Assembly: GCA_963806855.1 (NCBI GenBank)
Contig: CAWDYW010000001.1
Span: 1,088,001 to 1,152,000 of the forward strand
Length of the DNA stretch: 64,000 nt
Source: an uncultured Verrucomicrobiae bacterium
GTDB taxonomy: Bacteria; Chlamydiota; Chlamydiia; Chlamydiales; Rhabdochlamydiaceae
Reading direction: 5' to 3'
Both the position numbers and the translations under genes were made by a program. The stretch's first letter is position 1, and every line of letters starts with the position of its first letter. Shown here piece after piece: positions 34,655 through 44,459 of this stretch. Under the pieces are notes generated by a model. It made no database searches. It saw only the letters and a program-made list of their open reading frames with translations, and was not told the origin of the DNA.

Positions 34655-34700
34655 TTATAATAAGTATTAATTTGAAACGAATGCAACTTATTTAAAGCTA

Positions 34701-36071
34701 TTAAGTTGGGCGCCGTTTGATCAGAAGGGGAATGGCGCAGAGGATAGCGATTCCCCCAATGAGGGTCAATTCGTAGGCCAGCACGCTCTGAATGTTCATC
34801 TGCTTAGGAGGGATGAAGCCGAGCACAATCACCGCCAAACAGGCAAATATTCCCATAGAGCAAACGATCCAGATCCCCTTGTTACCTCCGGGTATTTTAT
34901 AGGAGCGCTTCACGTCGGGACGTCTATAGTGCAATTTGATCCCTGCAGCAAAAAGAGCGATGTAGACGATCAGGGCGAGTTGGGCAGTCATCGCTGAGAG
35001 GAGCCAAAATGAGCTGTTCACCGTCGGCATAAAGACGAAGACTAGGCACAAGACCGAGACGATCACCCCTTGCATGAGCAGCACAGGGATCGGCACTCCT
35101 CTGGCATTCGTCTTGCCGAGCCAAAGGGGCAAGCTTCCATCTCGGCTGGCTACCATGATCCCTTTCGTCGGGCCGATGATCCAGGCGGCCACGCTGCTCA
35201 AACCCCCGAGAATGATGAAAAAGGCGGCGCAGGGGAGGAGCCAAGGGAGGTGATAGGTATCGACGAAGACGGCAAAGGCTTGCATGATCCCGGTGACCAA
35301 GCTGAGCTCGCGATGGGGGACGACAATCGAAATCGCCAGCGACGCCAGCGTCATCGACCCTAAAATGATGAAAACTGAGGTAAATAGCGACTTGGGATAG
35401 TCCCGAAGAGGATCGCGCATCTCAGCAGCGTGGGTGGCAGCCATCTCCAGGCCAAGCAGCCCAAAGAGAATATTGCTAAGGAAAGCGATATTATTGCCGC
35501 TCTCTGCGCTGGGGAAGAAGGCTCTAGCAGAGAAGGAGATCTGCATTGGGTGGCCTTTCAAGAGCCAAATCACCCCCAGCAGGATGATCAAAGACATCGG
35601 CAAGAGGGTCCCGACGAGAGAACCGACACTGCTGAACAAACTGGAGAAGCGCATTCCAAGACAATTGAGTAGGGTGAGTCCCCAAAAGGAAATCAAAATC
35701 GCAAGGGCCATATAGAGTTTATTGCTGGCAAGGGCAGGATCAATGAGGTAGGCAAAGGCTCCCACCACAAGGGCCATGATCGTCGGGTACCAAAAGAGAT
35801 TGTAAATCCAATTGAGCCAGATGATCAAAAACCCAAAGCGCTTGCCAAACGCCTCTCTGACCCACACATAGATCCCACCAGTGTTGGGCCAACCGGTCCC
35901 CAATTCTGCTGAAACCAGGGCGCTTGGAATGAAGAATAGGGCTCCGGCGAGCAAATAGAAAAAGACGAGGGAAAAACCATACTCTGCGGCAAAGGGGAGT
36001 GTGCGAATACTGTCGACTGCGATCACATTGATCATCACCAGTTGAAACAAACCGAGAGTTTTTTTGGTCAT
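34701..36071 (-). CDS. APC-superfamily amino acid permease (GadC-like)
   Basis: About 12 TM segments; FFIPSALVSAEL, GGIYVWVREAFG, GLEM, WIIGP. Confidence 0.9.
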   Translation of the reverse strand: MTKKTLGLFQLVMINVIAVDSIRTLPFAAEYGFSLVFFYLLAGALFFIPSALVSAELGTGWPNTGGIYVWVREAFGKRFGFLIIWLNWIYNLFWYPTIMALVVGAFAYLIDPALASNKLYMALAILISFWGLTLLNCLGMRFSSLFSSVGSLVGTLLPMSLIILLGVIWLLKGHPMQISFSARAFFPSAESGNNIAFLSNILFGLLGLEMAATHAAEMRDPLRDYPKSLFTSVFIILGSMTLASLAISIVVPHRELSLVTGIMQAFAVFVDTYHLPWLLPCAAFFIILGGLSSVAAWIIGPTKGIMVASRDGSLPLWLGKTNARGVPIPVLLMQGVIVSVLCLVFVFMPTVNSSFWLLSAMTAQLALIVYIALFAAGIKLHYRRPDVKRSYKIPGGNKGIWIVCSMGIFACLAVIVLGFIPPKQMNIQSVLAYELTLIGGIAILCAIPLLIKRRPT

Positions 36072-36079
36072 TCCCTTCC

Positions 36080-38167
36080 TTATTTGATAAGTTTAAAGCT
36101 GTATGAAAAACGAAACGGATCGTTAGGTATATATTCATAACTTAGCTTCATCTGCCAGCTTCCTGTAATCATGGTATAAAAATCAACCTTTGCACCTGTA
36201 TAGGGCGGTTCAGTCGACCGTCCCCAGCCATGATGAGCTTGCGCTTGCACACTCCAGCGCGGAGATAGACGGAAATGGGCCTTGACGAGCAAAGTATTGC
36301 GCCGATCGGAAAGAGGGGAGTCCAGCAGCAGATCAAGGGGTCTAGCAAAGTCTAACACAAAGTTATCATGATCGGCTTTTCTCCACCAGAATTTGCTCCG
36401 ATGAAGGTATTCTACACCAAAAGCGAGCGAAGCATTGACCGTCCACAAGAGCTGCGCATTCCCATAATCGAGGACACTCTCTTGGAAATTCCAGCCGACC
36501 CCGCCGCGCAAGGCATAAGAAGGCTGCTCAATTTTTAGATCCAAAAATGCCTTCGGAATAGTCTGATCAAACGATTTTGCCCCCCAGAAAGCATAGCTGA
36601 ATAGATCGACCGTGAGCGCAGGTAGGAAAATCGAATTTCCCTTACTGAAAAAAAGTTGTCGCAATCCAAAGCGGAGCTGATTGATCTTGTCATACCCATC
36701 GTGAATGTCGAAGACAAAATAGCGATTGACATGGACGCGCGGCTTCGTAACCCCTAGGAATCGGGCATAGGGTTCGGTGGTATGCTTCACACAGGAATAC
36801 TGTCTAGAAAAACGGCAATTCAGATCGGCCCCATAGGTGTAAAGAAATTGCCTCGCCGCATGATGCTCGGGGCTGCGGCTATAATAAATACCGACGAGTC
36901 CTGCGCTGGGGGTAAAATTGACTCCTCCTACAGAGAAAGGACGATAGAGACTATTCATCGTCTCGAGCCTACCCGACTTCCTATCCTTAAGTTGCTTGTC
37001 GAGTTGATTGACATAGGTATAATCGAAGAAGGAACCATTGAAATAGTTTTCCATGATCAACCCGGTTCTTCCGATCTCGAAGGGGCGGAGCTCGATCACT
37101 CCGTAAGGGAGCTCCTGATTCAAAGTGTCAAACGGGTTGATCCGCGGGCGGACCGACAGCCCTCCATAAATGGATTGCCTATACTGCGAAAGTTCTAAAT
37201 AAGTTGTCTTCTGCGTATTGATCTCGAAATCGGGATCGGCAAAATCTCCGACCATCCGATCGTCGCTTAATCGATCCCACTGCATGTGGAATCTAGAATA
37301 TTCATCGGCACTTTTAATTTTATAGATCCCCTGGAAACGGAAGCGGTGCCAGCCAGTCTCATTGGGGAAGCTCTTGTCATAGGCCGCATAGTTGCGCGAC
37401 TGAAATTCAGCCAGCCCATCTTTAGACTCATATTCGGCCTCCAAGGATCCCCCTGGGCCAAAATGAAATTTCCCCTTGCTCTGCTTCGATTTCGTAACCC
37501 TGCAATCCAAGCGGGCATAAGCGCTAAATGTTTCGGTTGAATAGAAGCGATAACGCATCGAAAAGCGTGGTCCCAGCCCTTTATCCCACAGAAAACGGTA
37601 GCGGATTGGCGGGTCGACAAACTTCGTCAAATTGAGTTTATAAGTTGGCAGCCACAACAGCGGCACGTCGGCTACTTGAAACTTCACATTTTTCGCCGTC
37701 AGGATTTCCCCATCGGTGATTATAGCGCGATTGGCCCGTATTTCCCAGAGATTGTCTTGGCCTGGATACTTTGTGATATAGGCGCCATAAATCGTAAAGG
37801 TCCCGTCGCAATCGAGATCGATCCGATCGCCACCCGCATACCAGCCGGCAACTTCAGATCTACCATTAAGAATATAACCAGTCCGTGTCAGCAGGTCATA
37901 CTGGAGGTATTCACCGATAAAGATCTGATCGTTGTATTCTATCATCAGGTTGCCAGAGGCGCATACTGTCTGTGCGCCGGGCTGATCGGTGTAGCTGATG
38001 TGGCACGCCTGAATCCTCAAGCATGGAGCGGTGATGACGCCGCCCTCATCGGTCTTTAGCACTCCATCAGAGTACTCTGGATTCTTCAAATTAATGACAA
38101 ATTCCTTCTCAGCCAGGAGAGGGCAGGTGACAACAGAGAGAGCGATAGCAATAGGCAGCAACTTCAT
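36080..38167 (-). CDS. lptD: LPS assembly outer-membrane protein LptD/OstA (chlamydial type)
   Basis: Signal peptide MKLLPIAIALS, OstA-like N-terminus (GNLMIEY, YDLLTRTG, ILTAKNV, PLLWLP), beta-strand-rich C-terminus; ORF track start 38260 lies inside a repeat. Confidence 0.75.
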   Translation of the reverse strand: MKLLPIAIALSVVTCPLLAEKEFVINLKNPEYSDGVLKTDEGGVITAPCLRIQACHISYTDQPGAQTVCASGNLMIEYNDQIFIGEYLQYDLLTRTGYILNGRSEVAGWYAGGDRIDLDCDGTFTIYGAYITKYPGQDNLWEIRANRAIITDGEILTAKNVKFQVADVPLLWLPTYKLNLTKFVDPPIRYRFLWDKGLGPRFSMRYRFYSTETFSAYARLDCRVTKSKQSKGKFHFGPGGSLEAEYESKDGLAEFQSRNYAAYDKSFPNETGWHRFRFQGIYKIKSADEYSRFHMQWDRLSDDRMVGDFADPDFEINTQKTTYLELSQYRQSIYGGLSVRPRINPFDTLNQELPYGVIELRPFEIGRTGLIMENYFNGSFFDYTYVNQLDKQLKDRKSGRLETMNSLYRPFSVGGVNFTPSAGLVGIYYSRSPEHHAARQFLYTYGADLNCRFSRQYSCVKHTTEPYARFLGVTKPRVHVNRYFVFDIHDGYDKINQLRFGLRQLFFSKGNSIFLPALTVDLFSYAFWGAKSFDQTIPKAFLDLKIEQPSYALRGGVGWNFQESVLDYGNAQLLWTVNASLAFGVEYLHRSKFWWRKADHDNFVLDFARPLDLLLDSPLSDRRNTLLVKAHFRLSPRWSVQAQAHHGWGRSTEPPYTGAKVDFYTMITGSWQMKLSYEYIPNDPFRFSYSFKLIK

Positions 38168-38223
38168 GGAGGAGGCATTATAGAAGTTTGTCAGTATTAT
38201 TTCTATAATTTCCATTGAATGTG

Positions 38224-38289
38224 TATACTGAAACGAGTTGAAGAATCGGGAATTAGACAAGCCGACGCCGTCGAAAACCGATTCTTCAA
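38224..38289. repeat. Degenerate ERIC-like palindromic element (family E)
   Basis: Begins TATAC; 12-bp IR TTGAAGAATCGG (38238-38249) / CCGATTCTTCAA (38278-38289). Confidence 0.5.
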
Positions 38290-38343
38290 ATAAAGAAATC
38301 TGCGAATGACCCTATCACAAGATTCTCTGAGCTTTGCATTTTT

Positions 38344-38904
38344 TTACTTTCTGGCAACTAATGACAACCACACCCAGTAGCAGCCCATTAAAAGTAAATC
38401 AATGCCAACAAAAAGCCCAATCACCCACAATGCCGAGGCCGGCCATTCTGCGAGGATCAAAATGCCAAGGAGAATAGCAACCAATCCATTAAACACAACC
38501 CAACCCCAATTATCGAAGCGATAGCTCAGCGCAGAGAATAAACGAAATGCTCCACCAATCAAAAGAAGAGCTGCAATCAATAAACTAATGGCTAAAGAGC
38601 TCTCCAAGGGCTTGAAAATGCAAAGGCACCCTGCAACGATATAGAATAATCCTAAAAGCAAAGAGGAAGAGAAACCTGTCCATTTTATTGCGTAAGAGCC
38701 GCTGATAACTTGCAATATGCCTGCAGCTGTCATAAAAAATCCTAAAAGAACGACTGTAAATTCTGTTGCCCAATTTGCATATCCTATTGCAAGAGCTCCC
38801 AAAGCAATAAGCAGAAGCCCAATAGCGAGAAACCAACCCCAATATTTACGCACCTCAGGGACCTCATAAAAATAGACGACCCATTCCTTTTTTTTGCTGG
38901 CCAT
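38344..38904 (-). CDS. hdeD: HdeD/DUF308 family membrane protein
   Basis: WGWFLAIGLLLIALG...WGWVVFNG...WPASALWVIGLFVGIDL; six TM segments. Confidence 0.88.
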   Translation of the reverse strand: MASKKKEWVVYFYEVPEVRKYWGWFLAIGLLLIALGALAIGYANWATEFTVVLLGFFMTAAGILQVISGSYAIKWTGFSSSLLLGLFYIVAGCLCIFKPLESSLAISLLIAALLLIGGAFRLFSALSYRFDNWGWVVFNGLVAILLGILILAEWPASALWVIGLFVGIDLLLMGCYWVWLSLVARK

Positions 38905-39099
38905 AATCTCTCCTTGTTAATCACCTGCTTTTTGGAAAGTAGATTATTGAGATATATTTTTAAAGATGATTTATATCCTCCCGATCAAAGACATTTCAGA
39001 TTTTTAATTCAATTCAAATATTTATTATAATGTTGACGTAAAATAAATAATTGTGTTACAATCTTGTTAATTAATTAAAAAAAATGGATTAAAAAAATA

Positions 39100-40116
39100 A
39101 TGTCTTCAAGAATTATCGGTGAACATCTATTTCCACATAACCCGGTTAATGATTACTATGAAAAAGATGTAGAAGCCAGTCGGTCAGCTGTTTATAATAT
39201 CGAATCGAGGATTTGTGCGATTGGAGCACTATTTTTCGGAGCACCGATCTGTTCTAGAATACTAAAAGAGCTCGACCTTATCCACCTTTCTCCTGATCAG
39301 TTGAATACACTTTTGAAATTCGGTGCGGCTGCTTCAGTCGCGATACTCTTTGGAGGTCTTTTTGTCACAAGAATTCAGCTGGGGCGATTAAGTTTTGGCC
39401 CCTCATTGAATCCTTCAAATTCTCTAACTCAATCGGAAGTTAGACAAATTCTTACAATGGCTCTAACAGCACAAGAGATAAAAAATCTTCCAATCCAAAC
39501 CCACGACTCCTTAGCAAGACTTATTTCCCATTTAGAAACCATCAGTAAAGATACCGCTCGAATGTACTTTTCTCCAGAGCAAAGAGAGGAGTGTAAAAGG
39601 GTCATTGAACAAATTGAAGATATAGATAAACACTCAAGAACGAAAGGCGAGATAGTCGGTCTTCTCAAAATTGCAAAAGTGGTTTTAATCCAACGAAAAA
39701 AAGTATGGGAGAAAAAAGAAAAAGAATCCAAGGAGCAAGAGATCATTAAAAGCCGAGCCTCATTTCCTAAACTTGGGCTTTTTTCTATCAAAGAGTCAGA
39801 AATTGGGGAATCTGCAACCATTAAATTGATAAAATATCCCAAAAATCTGACTCAAATAGAGCATCTGTGTTGCGAATTAGAAAGATCGATTAAAGGATTG
39901 GACAAAGATCCGGACACCACACTAGTTTATATCGGTGATGTGGCAAACTCTCTGATTGAGACTGAGCATTTAAAACCAATCTTAGCGCAACCGGAAGTTC
40001 AAGTCCCCCTACGACGAATTGAGCGCCAACGGGCACCGAGTATGCAGGGAGGGCTTAGGAGCAGTCCTACCATCGAGTATAATTTAGATTCCCTTAACAA
40101 TGGGTCTTCACAATAA
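39100..40116 (+). CDS. Hypothetical protein (N-terminal hydrophobic hairpin plus coiled coil; Inc-like candidate)
   Basis: Long AT-rich ORF; upstream TTGACG-18-TACAAT at 39033-39062. Confidence 0.7.
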   Translation: MSSRIIGEHLFPHNPVNDYYEKDVEASRSAVYNIESRICAIGALFFGAPICSRILKELDLIHLSPDQLNTLLKFGAAASVAILFGGLFVTRIQLGRLSFGPSLNPSNSLTQSEVRQILTMALTAQEIKNLPIQTHDSLARLISHLETISKDTARMYFSPEQREECKRVIEQIEDIDKHSRTKGEIVGLLKIAKVVLIQRKKVWEKKEKESKEQEIIKSRASFPKLGLFSIKESEIGESATIKLIKYPKNLTQIEHLCCELERSIKGLDKDPDTTLVYIGDVANSLIETEHLKPILAQPEVQVPLRRIERQRAPSMQGGLRSSPTIEYNLDSLNNGSSQ

Positions 40117-40124
40117 ACGAACAA

Positions 40125-40249
40125 ATCATTGCAGAGTTCTAAGCAACAGCCCGGCTAAAACGTAGCGGTTTTTGATGTTGCCATGCGAGAGGGCGTCGAG
40201 CAGGATGTCGATGCTGCTTTTCGGCAAGAGTTTGATAAACCTCGATGAG
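40125..40249 (-). repeat. Displaced duplicate of the 3' end of the HEAT-repeat gene
   Basis: Matches 41290-41425 with 2 substitutions and an 11-bp deletion between TGCTGCTTT micro-repeats. Confidence 0.92.
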
Positions 40250-40260
40250 GGGAGCGGCTT

Positions 40261-41214
40261 TTATTGCTTACTGCCATCGATTTTTCCATCTGCTATGCAA
40301 CTATTAGAAACGACAAAAGTAAAAAAATGATTCCAGAAATTTCCATTTCGATTAAATAAGTCCTTTCCTTCTGTAGATAATTGAACATTGCATGTTGGGG
40401 GATTATCGTACCTTGCAGTGATCTTCGAGACAAGTTTTTTCAAATCCATCCCAGGCAGGAATCCAAAACCCTGTTTAAGAATATCTTCGCAGCCTTCTTT
40501 TATTTGTTCCGCAGTCGCTTGCACAGGACTACACCAATATAGGTTCTTATAGCTCTTATTATAACCCATAATGCTTATTGAGAGGGACTGATTGCTAAAA
40601 AAATGATCCCATCTATATATTCGATCTATATTAGCTAACTTATCAGCTTCTTTCGTTAACATAACAAGGCACAGTTTATCAGAGTTGCAGTTGATACGCG
40701 AAACATGTTTTTTTAAATCCAATCCAGGAATGCCCCCATAGCCATTCTTAAGAACTTCTTCACACATTTCTTTTGTTTCTGATTCTAATGGTTTCAATTC
40801 CGTTTGGGACTCTAGGATGGCTGGGGCGTGATCCAAAACATCTGGGGCGCCTGGGGCATATATTTTGTGTAAAATGTAGAAACCTAGCAAAATGGTTGCA
40901 CCCACAAGAATTACCTTGTACTTACCATTAGCCAGACCATTATTCGAAGCCACCCTTCCGTTTAAATATATGTTAGTTAACAATGGCAAAGCTGCTCCGA
41001 CTGCTGCAATTACTAAAAGATCAGATCTGCTCAAAGGAGAAAACGTCTTGAGAACTTTATAAACTGTTATAGACCCCATCCCAAAGAGGGACATGCCCAC
41101 AGAGATTCCCACGGACCTCATAATTCCTTGATAATTCACTGCTTTGTGAGCTATATGGGTTCCAATTAAAGAAGTACAACACCCGCCGAGACCTTCAATT
41201 CCTGCTCGTAGCAT
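40261..41214 (-). CDS. Hypothetical protein: N-terminal TM segments plus a tandemly duplicated domain
   Basis: KEMCEEVLKNGYGGIPGLDLKKHVSRI...WDHFF and KEGCEDILKQGFGFLPGMDLKKLVSKI...WNHFF. Confidence 0.75.
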   Translation of the reverse strand: MLRAGIEGLGGCCTSLIGTHIAHKAVNYQGIMRSVGISVGMSLFGMGSITVYKVLKTFSPLSRSDLLVIAAVGAALPLLTNIYLNGRVASNNGLANGKYKVILVGATILLGFYILHKIYAPGAPDVLDHAPAILESQTELKPLESETKEMCEEVLKNGYGGIPGLDLKKHVSRINCNSDKLCLVMLTKEADKLANIDRIYRWDHFFSNQSLSISIMGYNKSYKNLYWCSPVQATAEQIKEGCEDILKQGFGFLPGMDLKKLVSKITARYDNPPTCNVQLSTEGKDLFNRNGNFWNHFFTFVVSNSCIADGKIDGSKQ

Positions 41215-41290
41215 ATTTCATCCTTTAAAATTTAAAATTAAAGTGATGGTGCTTCATTATTGTGGTTTTTTGCAAATAAAAATTACATGA

Positions 41291-43108
41291 TCATTGCAGA
41301 GTTCTAAGCAACAGCCCGGCTAAAACGTAGCGGTTTTTGATGTTGCCATGCGAAAGGGCGTCGAGCAGGATGTCGATGCTGCTTTCTTGCTGCTTTTCGG
41401 CAAGGGTTTGATAAACCTCGATGAGCAGCCGCGAACTATCCTCCGGAGTCAGTTCATGAGGGGAGTTGATCATCCGCTTGTCGATCGTCACCACAGGCCG
41501 GAAACGGATCATTTCGCCCTCTTTATTCCGATTCAGCCATTCTTTTAGGTAGGCCTCATAGGGCCCCTCTTTTCCTAAGCGAAAGAGAGCGAGATTGCAA
41601 TAGGCTCTGATGAGAGGCATCCCCGCTTGACGGGCCTTTAGTTTGAGAAGATCGATCGCCCCTTCGGTTTGGAGGCTCTCCAGCAGAGTCACGAGCGTGG
41701 GGATGAGGTCGGTCTGCTCGCTGTCGAATAAGATTTTAGTGATCGTCAGAAAATCATCCTCGGGAAGATGCATCAGCTCGACTAAAAGTTGCTGACGAAT
41801 CGATAAGGTCGCCCCTTGGATATCGAAGAATGTTGTCGGTTGCTGGGTTGTGGAGAAGACAGGTTTGAGGGCCATCATCGTCCTGCCGAGAGAAATTTGG
41901 GGGGTAAAGCCCATATCCCGCACATCGCGCACCAAAATCTCAATGAGAGTCTTTCGACAGCGGGGGTCGCGATGCTTAAGGAGAGTGACGGCAGCATTGA
42001 TCCGGATCGCTAAATCGGGGTGGTCGCAGAGCTTAGCAAGAACTTCCTTCCCTTCCGGAATTTCGGCAAGAGAGACAATCGCAAACAAATTGCACGCTTT
42101 GGCCTGCTGAATGAGAAAGTCCTTCGCCTCGGCGTCGCCTAAAAGCAGAAGTGAACGTGCGGCCGCGATTTGGACACTCGAGTTAGAGGAATGGTAGAGC
42201 CGTTTGAGCTTAGGGATAGAGCTCGAATCTTTCAACAGCCCGACAGCGAAAGCGGCTGCTTCCTGTTCGGCAACATTAGAATGGGTGATATTCATCCGAA
42301 TGATCGGGAGAAGATCGTCTCGACCGAACCTGGCGGCGCACAGAAGAGCCTCTACGCGGACTGCGGCTGTCTGATCTTCCATTAAGTGGCGCAAAATGGC
42401 AATCGCATCAGAAGTTCCGATCAGGGCGAAAAATTGGGGAAAAAAGAAGCGGGCTTGCGGAGGGACCCGGTACATTAACGATTCAATTTGGCCTACCGAA
42501 GTTTTGTGCTTGCGAGCGGCTAAGTGCATTGCCGCTTCTAATCGGGCCTGAAAAAACTCAGAGGACATCGCTTTGACAAGCAGATCATCGCTCCGATCGT
42601 CCTGCATCCTCGCTAAAAACTGGATCGAGGCGAGTTGCGTTTCAGCATGTGAGCTTTTAAGCCCGGCCTCAAGGACATCGAGAGAAGCGGCTCGACTCGC
42701 AATCCCCGAACCAAAAATCGACAGCAGCTGAGTCTCTTGATCAGAGGCTCTAGCTCCTTGTTCAAGAAGGATAAGGGCCATTTGCTGCAGCACCTCAAAA
42801 TCGTGTTTGCCCAGTTCATTTTTGTAACGGTTATAGAGAGCAATCGATTTTTCGGGTTGCTGGACCTGCATCAGATAGGCGATCTGACTAGGGCGTGTCG
42901 TCGAATTCCGAGTGGCTGAATTCGAGATTATTTTCTCCCTAGGATGCGATAGCAGATCGGGAGTTATATCTGCTAATATCGCCCCCGATCCTAGGGGAAA
43001 AGAACTCGAATTCAGCAGACTCGGAATTTGACGACACGCCCTGGGATTTGCACAAAGGGTACAGGAAAATAAAAGGGCAGAGGGGATGAAAAATTTCAAT
43101 AGCTGCAT
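41291..43108 (-). CDS. HEAT-repeat protein (conserved chlamydial type) carrying an in-frame palindromic insertion
   Basis: Signal-like N-terminus MQLLKFFIPSALL; repeated ARLEAA/VRVEAL/VQIAAA/IRINAA helical units; C-terminal NIKNRYVLAGLL. Confidence 0.85.
   Translation of the reverse strand: MQLLKFFIPSALLFSCTLCANPRACRQIPSLLNSSSFPLGSGAILADITPDLLSHPREKIISNSATRNSTTRPSQIAYLMQVQQPEKSIALYNRYKNELGKHDFEVLQQMALILLEQGARASDQETQLLSIFGSGIASRAASLDVLEAGLKSSHAETQLASIQFLARMQDDRSDDLLVKAMSSEFFQARLEAAMHLAARKHKTSVGQIESLMYRVPPQARFFFPQFFALIGTSDAIAILRHLMEDQTAAVRVEALLCAARFGRDDLLPIIRMNITHSNVAEQEAAAFAVGLLKDSSSIPKLKRLYHSSNSSVQIAAARSLLLLGDAEAKDFLIQQAKACNLFAIVSLAEIPEGKEVLAKLCDHPDLAIRINAAVTLLKHRDPRCRKTLIEILVRDVRDMGFTPQISLGRTMMALKPVFSTTQQPTTFFDIQGATLSIRQQLLVELMHLPEDDFLTITKILFDSEQTDLIPTLVTLLESLQTEGAIDLLKLKARQAGMPLIRAYCNLALFRLGKEGPYEAYLKEWLNRNKEGEMIRFRPVVTIDKRMINSPHELTPEDSSRLLIEVYQTLAEKQQESSIDILLDALSHGNIKNRYVLAGLLLRTLQ
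42890..43042. mobile_element. 153-bp palindromic element (family D) in frame within the HEAT-repeat gene
   Basis: AGGGCGTGTCGTCGAATTCCGAGT...ACTCGGAATTTGACGACACGCCCT, pairing over most of its length; 153 bp = 51 codons. Confidence 0.88.
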
Positions 43109-43189
43109 GGGCAATGATATACCATCTGCCTTGATTGAATACAAATTTAACTTCTCTAAATTTCATAGAAAGTTTTATGATGCTCAGCC

Positions 43190-43804
43190 ATGCTGAAACC
43201 CATTGACCAGACATCTCGCATAGAAGGGCATCCCCAGATCGATTTCGCTCAGGGGACACTGCCTGTCAGATTTGCAGATGAATTAGTCGCGGCAAAACAA
43301 CGAAGCCCTGTGCTGAAATGGATTGAAACGTCCTTAACAAAGGCATGGAACTGGATTCAGAAAACTCCTTCGCTAAGGGGAATTCGGAACTTTCTGGCTA
43401 AAGTCTACCATTGGATCAAATATGATCTATTCTTTCTATTTAATGATGAAGAAGAAGAATTCAATGAGGAATATCGGACGGAAATCGCTGAGTTCCAGGA
43501 TCTTTATCTTGATATGATGGATGCTAAAACAGAAGCTGGGCGCAGAACTGTAAAGAAAAATTTCTATGGTCTAAGTAAGGGGCTCCAAAAACTTATTAAA
43601 GAAGAACTCTGCACTATCCTTAAAGCCGATCGGACAGACCTAAGCCCTGATGAAATTTCTACTCGGGTAAACGAGGTCATGAACGACCCTTTTAAGAGTT
43701 TTGACGTAGAAGCAAACAAAGAAAAAATGGAAGGTAACATAATCCGTGATCCGCGCCTTGAACCGATGGCGCGGGCAATATTATCTACCAAAAACAAATT
43801 ATAA
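43190..43804 (+). CDS. Hypothetical protein, orphan array member 1
   Basis: Amphipathic W-rich helix followed by a charged helical domain. Confidence 0.7.
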   Translation: MLKPIDQTSRIEGHPQIDFAQGTLPVRFADELVAAKQRSPVLKWIETSLTKAWNWIQKTPSLRGIRNFLAKVYHWIKYDLFFLFNDEEEEFNEEYRTEIAEFQDLYLDMMDAKTEAGRRTVKKNFYGLSKGLQKLIKEELCTILKADRTDLSPDEISTRVNEVMNDPFKSFDVEANKEKMEGNIIRDPRLEPMARAILSTKNKL

Positions 43805-43818
43805 AATAGGAGCCATTC

Positions 43819-44367
43819 ATGTCGCACATTTCCCCAGTAAGGGCTGAATTAACACAAGTAGAATTCTCAGCCATAGGCGGGCAACTTCAAGTTTCCCCAG
43901 TCAATGAACAACTCGTTTCTTCCCTATGTTCTGCGTCATCGAAGAATAAAGGAGTGCTTGCCTGGATTTCTAATCTTTTGGGCAAGATTTGGTCTACGAT
44001 TAAAAGTTTCCTCTCAAAGTTGGGCTGCTTCAGAAATGAGAATGAAATTGATTGGGCAGAGACAAAGCAGATCTTCACTGGGATTCGGCAGGCCGTTTTT
44101 TCTGGAAATGATCCCAAGATCTGTAAAGCCCGGTTTAAGACCCATTATGAAGAACTTTCAAAACCTGCTCAAGAGCTATTCCAGCGCCATATTGGCTATG
44201 CGATTGCAAGGCAAAACCGCGCGATTACAAGAGCTGAACAGGAGCAATATGTGGGTGACTATTGGACCGAGATCAGCAAAGGGCTTAAAGACACTATGGA
44301 TGATATCTCTAGGGATGAAATTAGAGAAGCTGTTGAAAGCTTCGGACATGAGCTTGATAAGCATTAA
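43819..44367 (+). CDS. Hypothetical protein, orphan array member 2
   Basis: AGGAG RBS; GVLAWISNLLGKIWSTIKSFLSKLGCF. Confidence 0.72.
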   Translation: MSHISPVRAELTQVEFSAIGGQLQVSPVNEQLVSSLCSASSKNKGVLAWISNLLGKIWSTIKSFLSKLGCFRNENEIDWAETKQIFTGIRQAVFSGNDPKICKARFKTHYEELSKPAQELFQRHIGYAIARQNRAITRAEQEQYVGDYWTEISKGLKDTMDDISRDEIREAVESFGHELDKH

Positions 44368-44459
44368 GATTGTTCACAATGACTTCATATGATAATCTTT
44401 TCTAAAAAATCCAATGCCCGACGAGGCATTGCAAAAAATAACATAGGAGAACACACATC

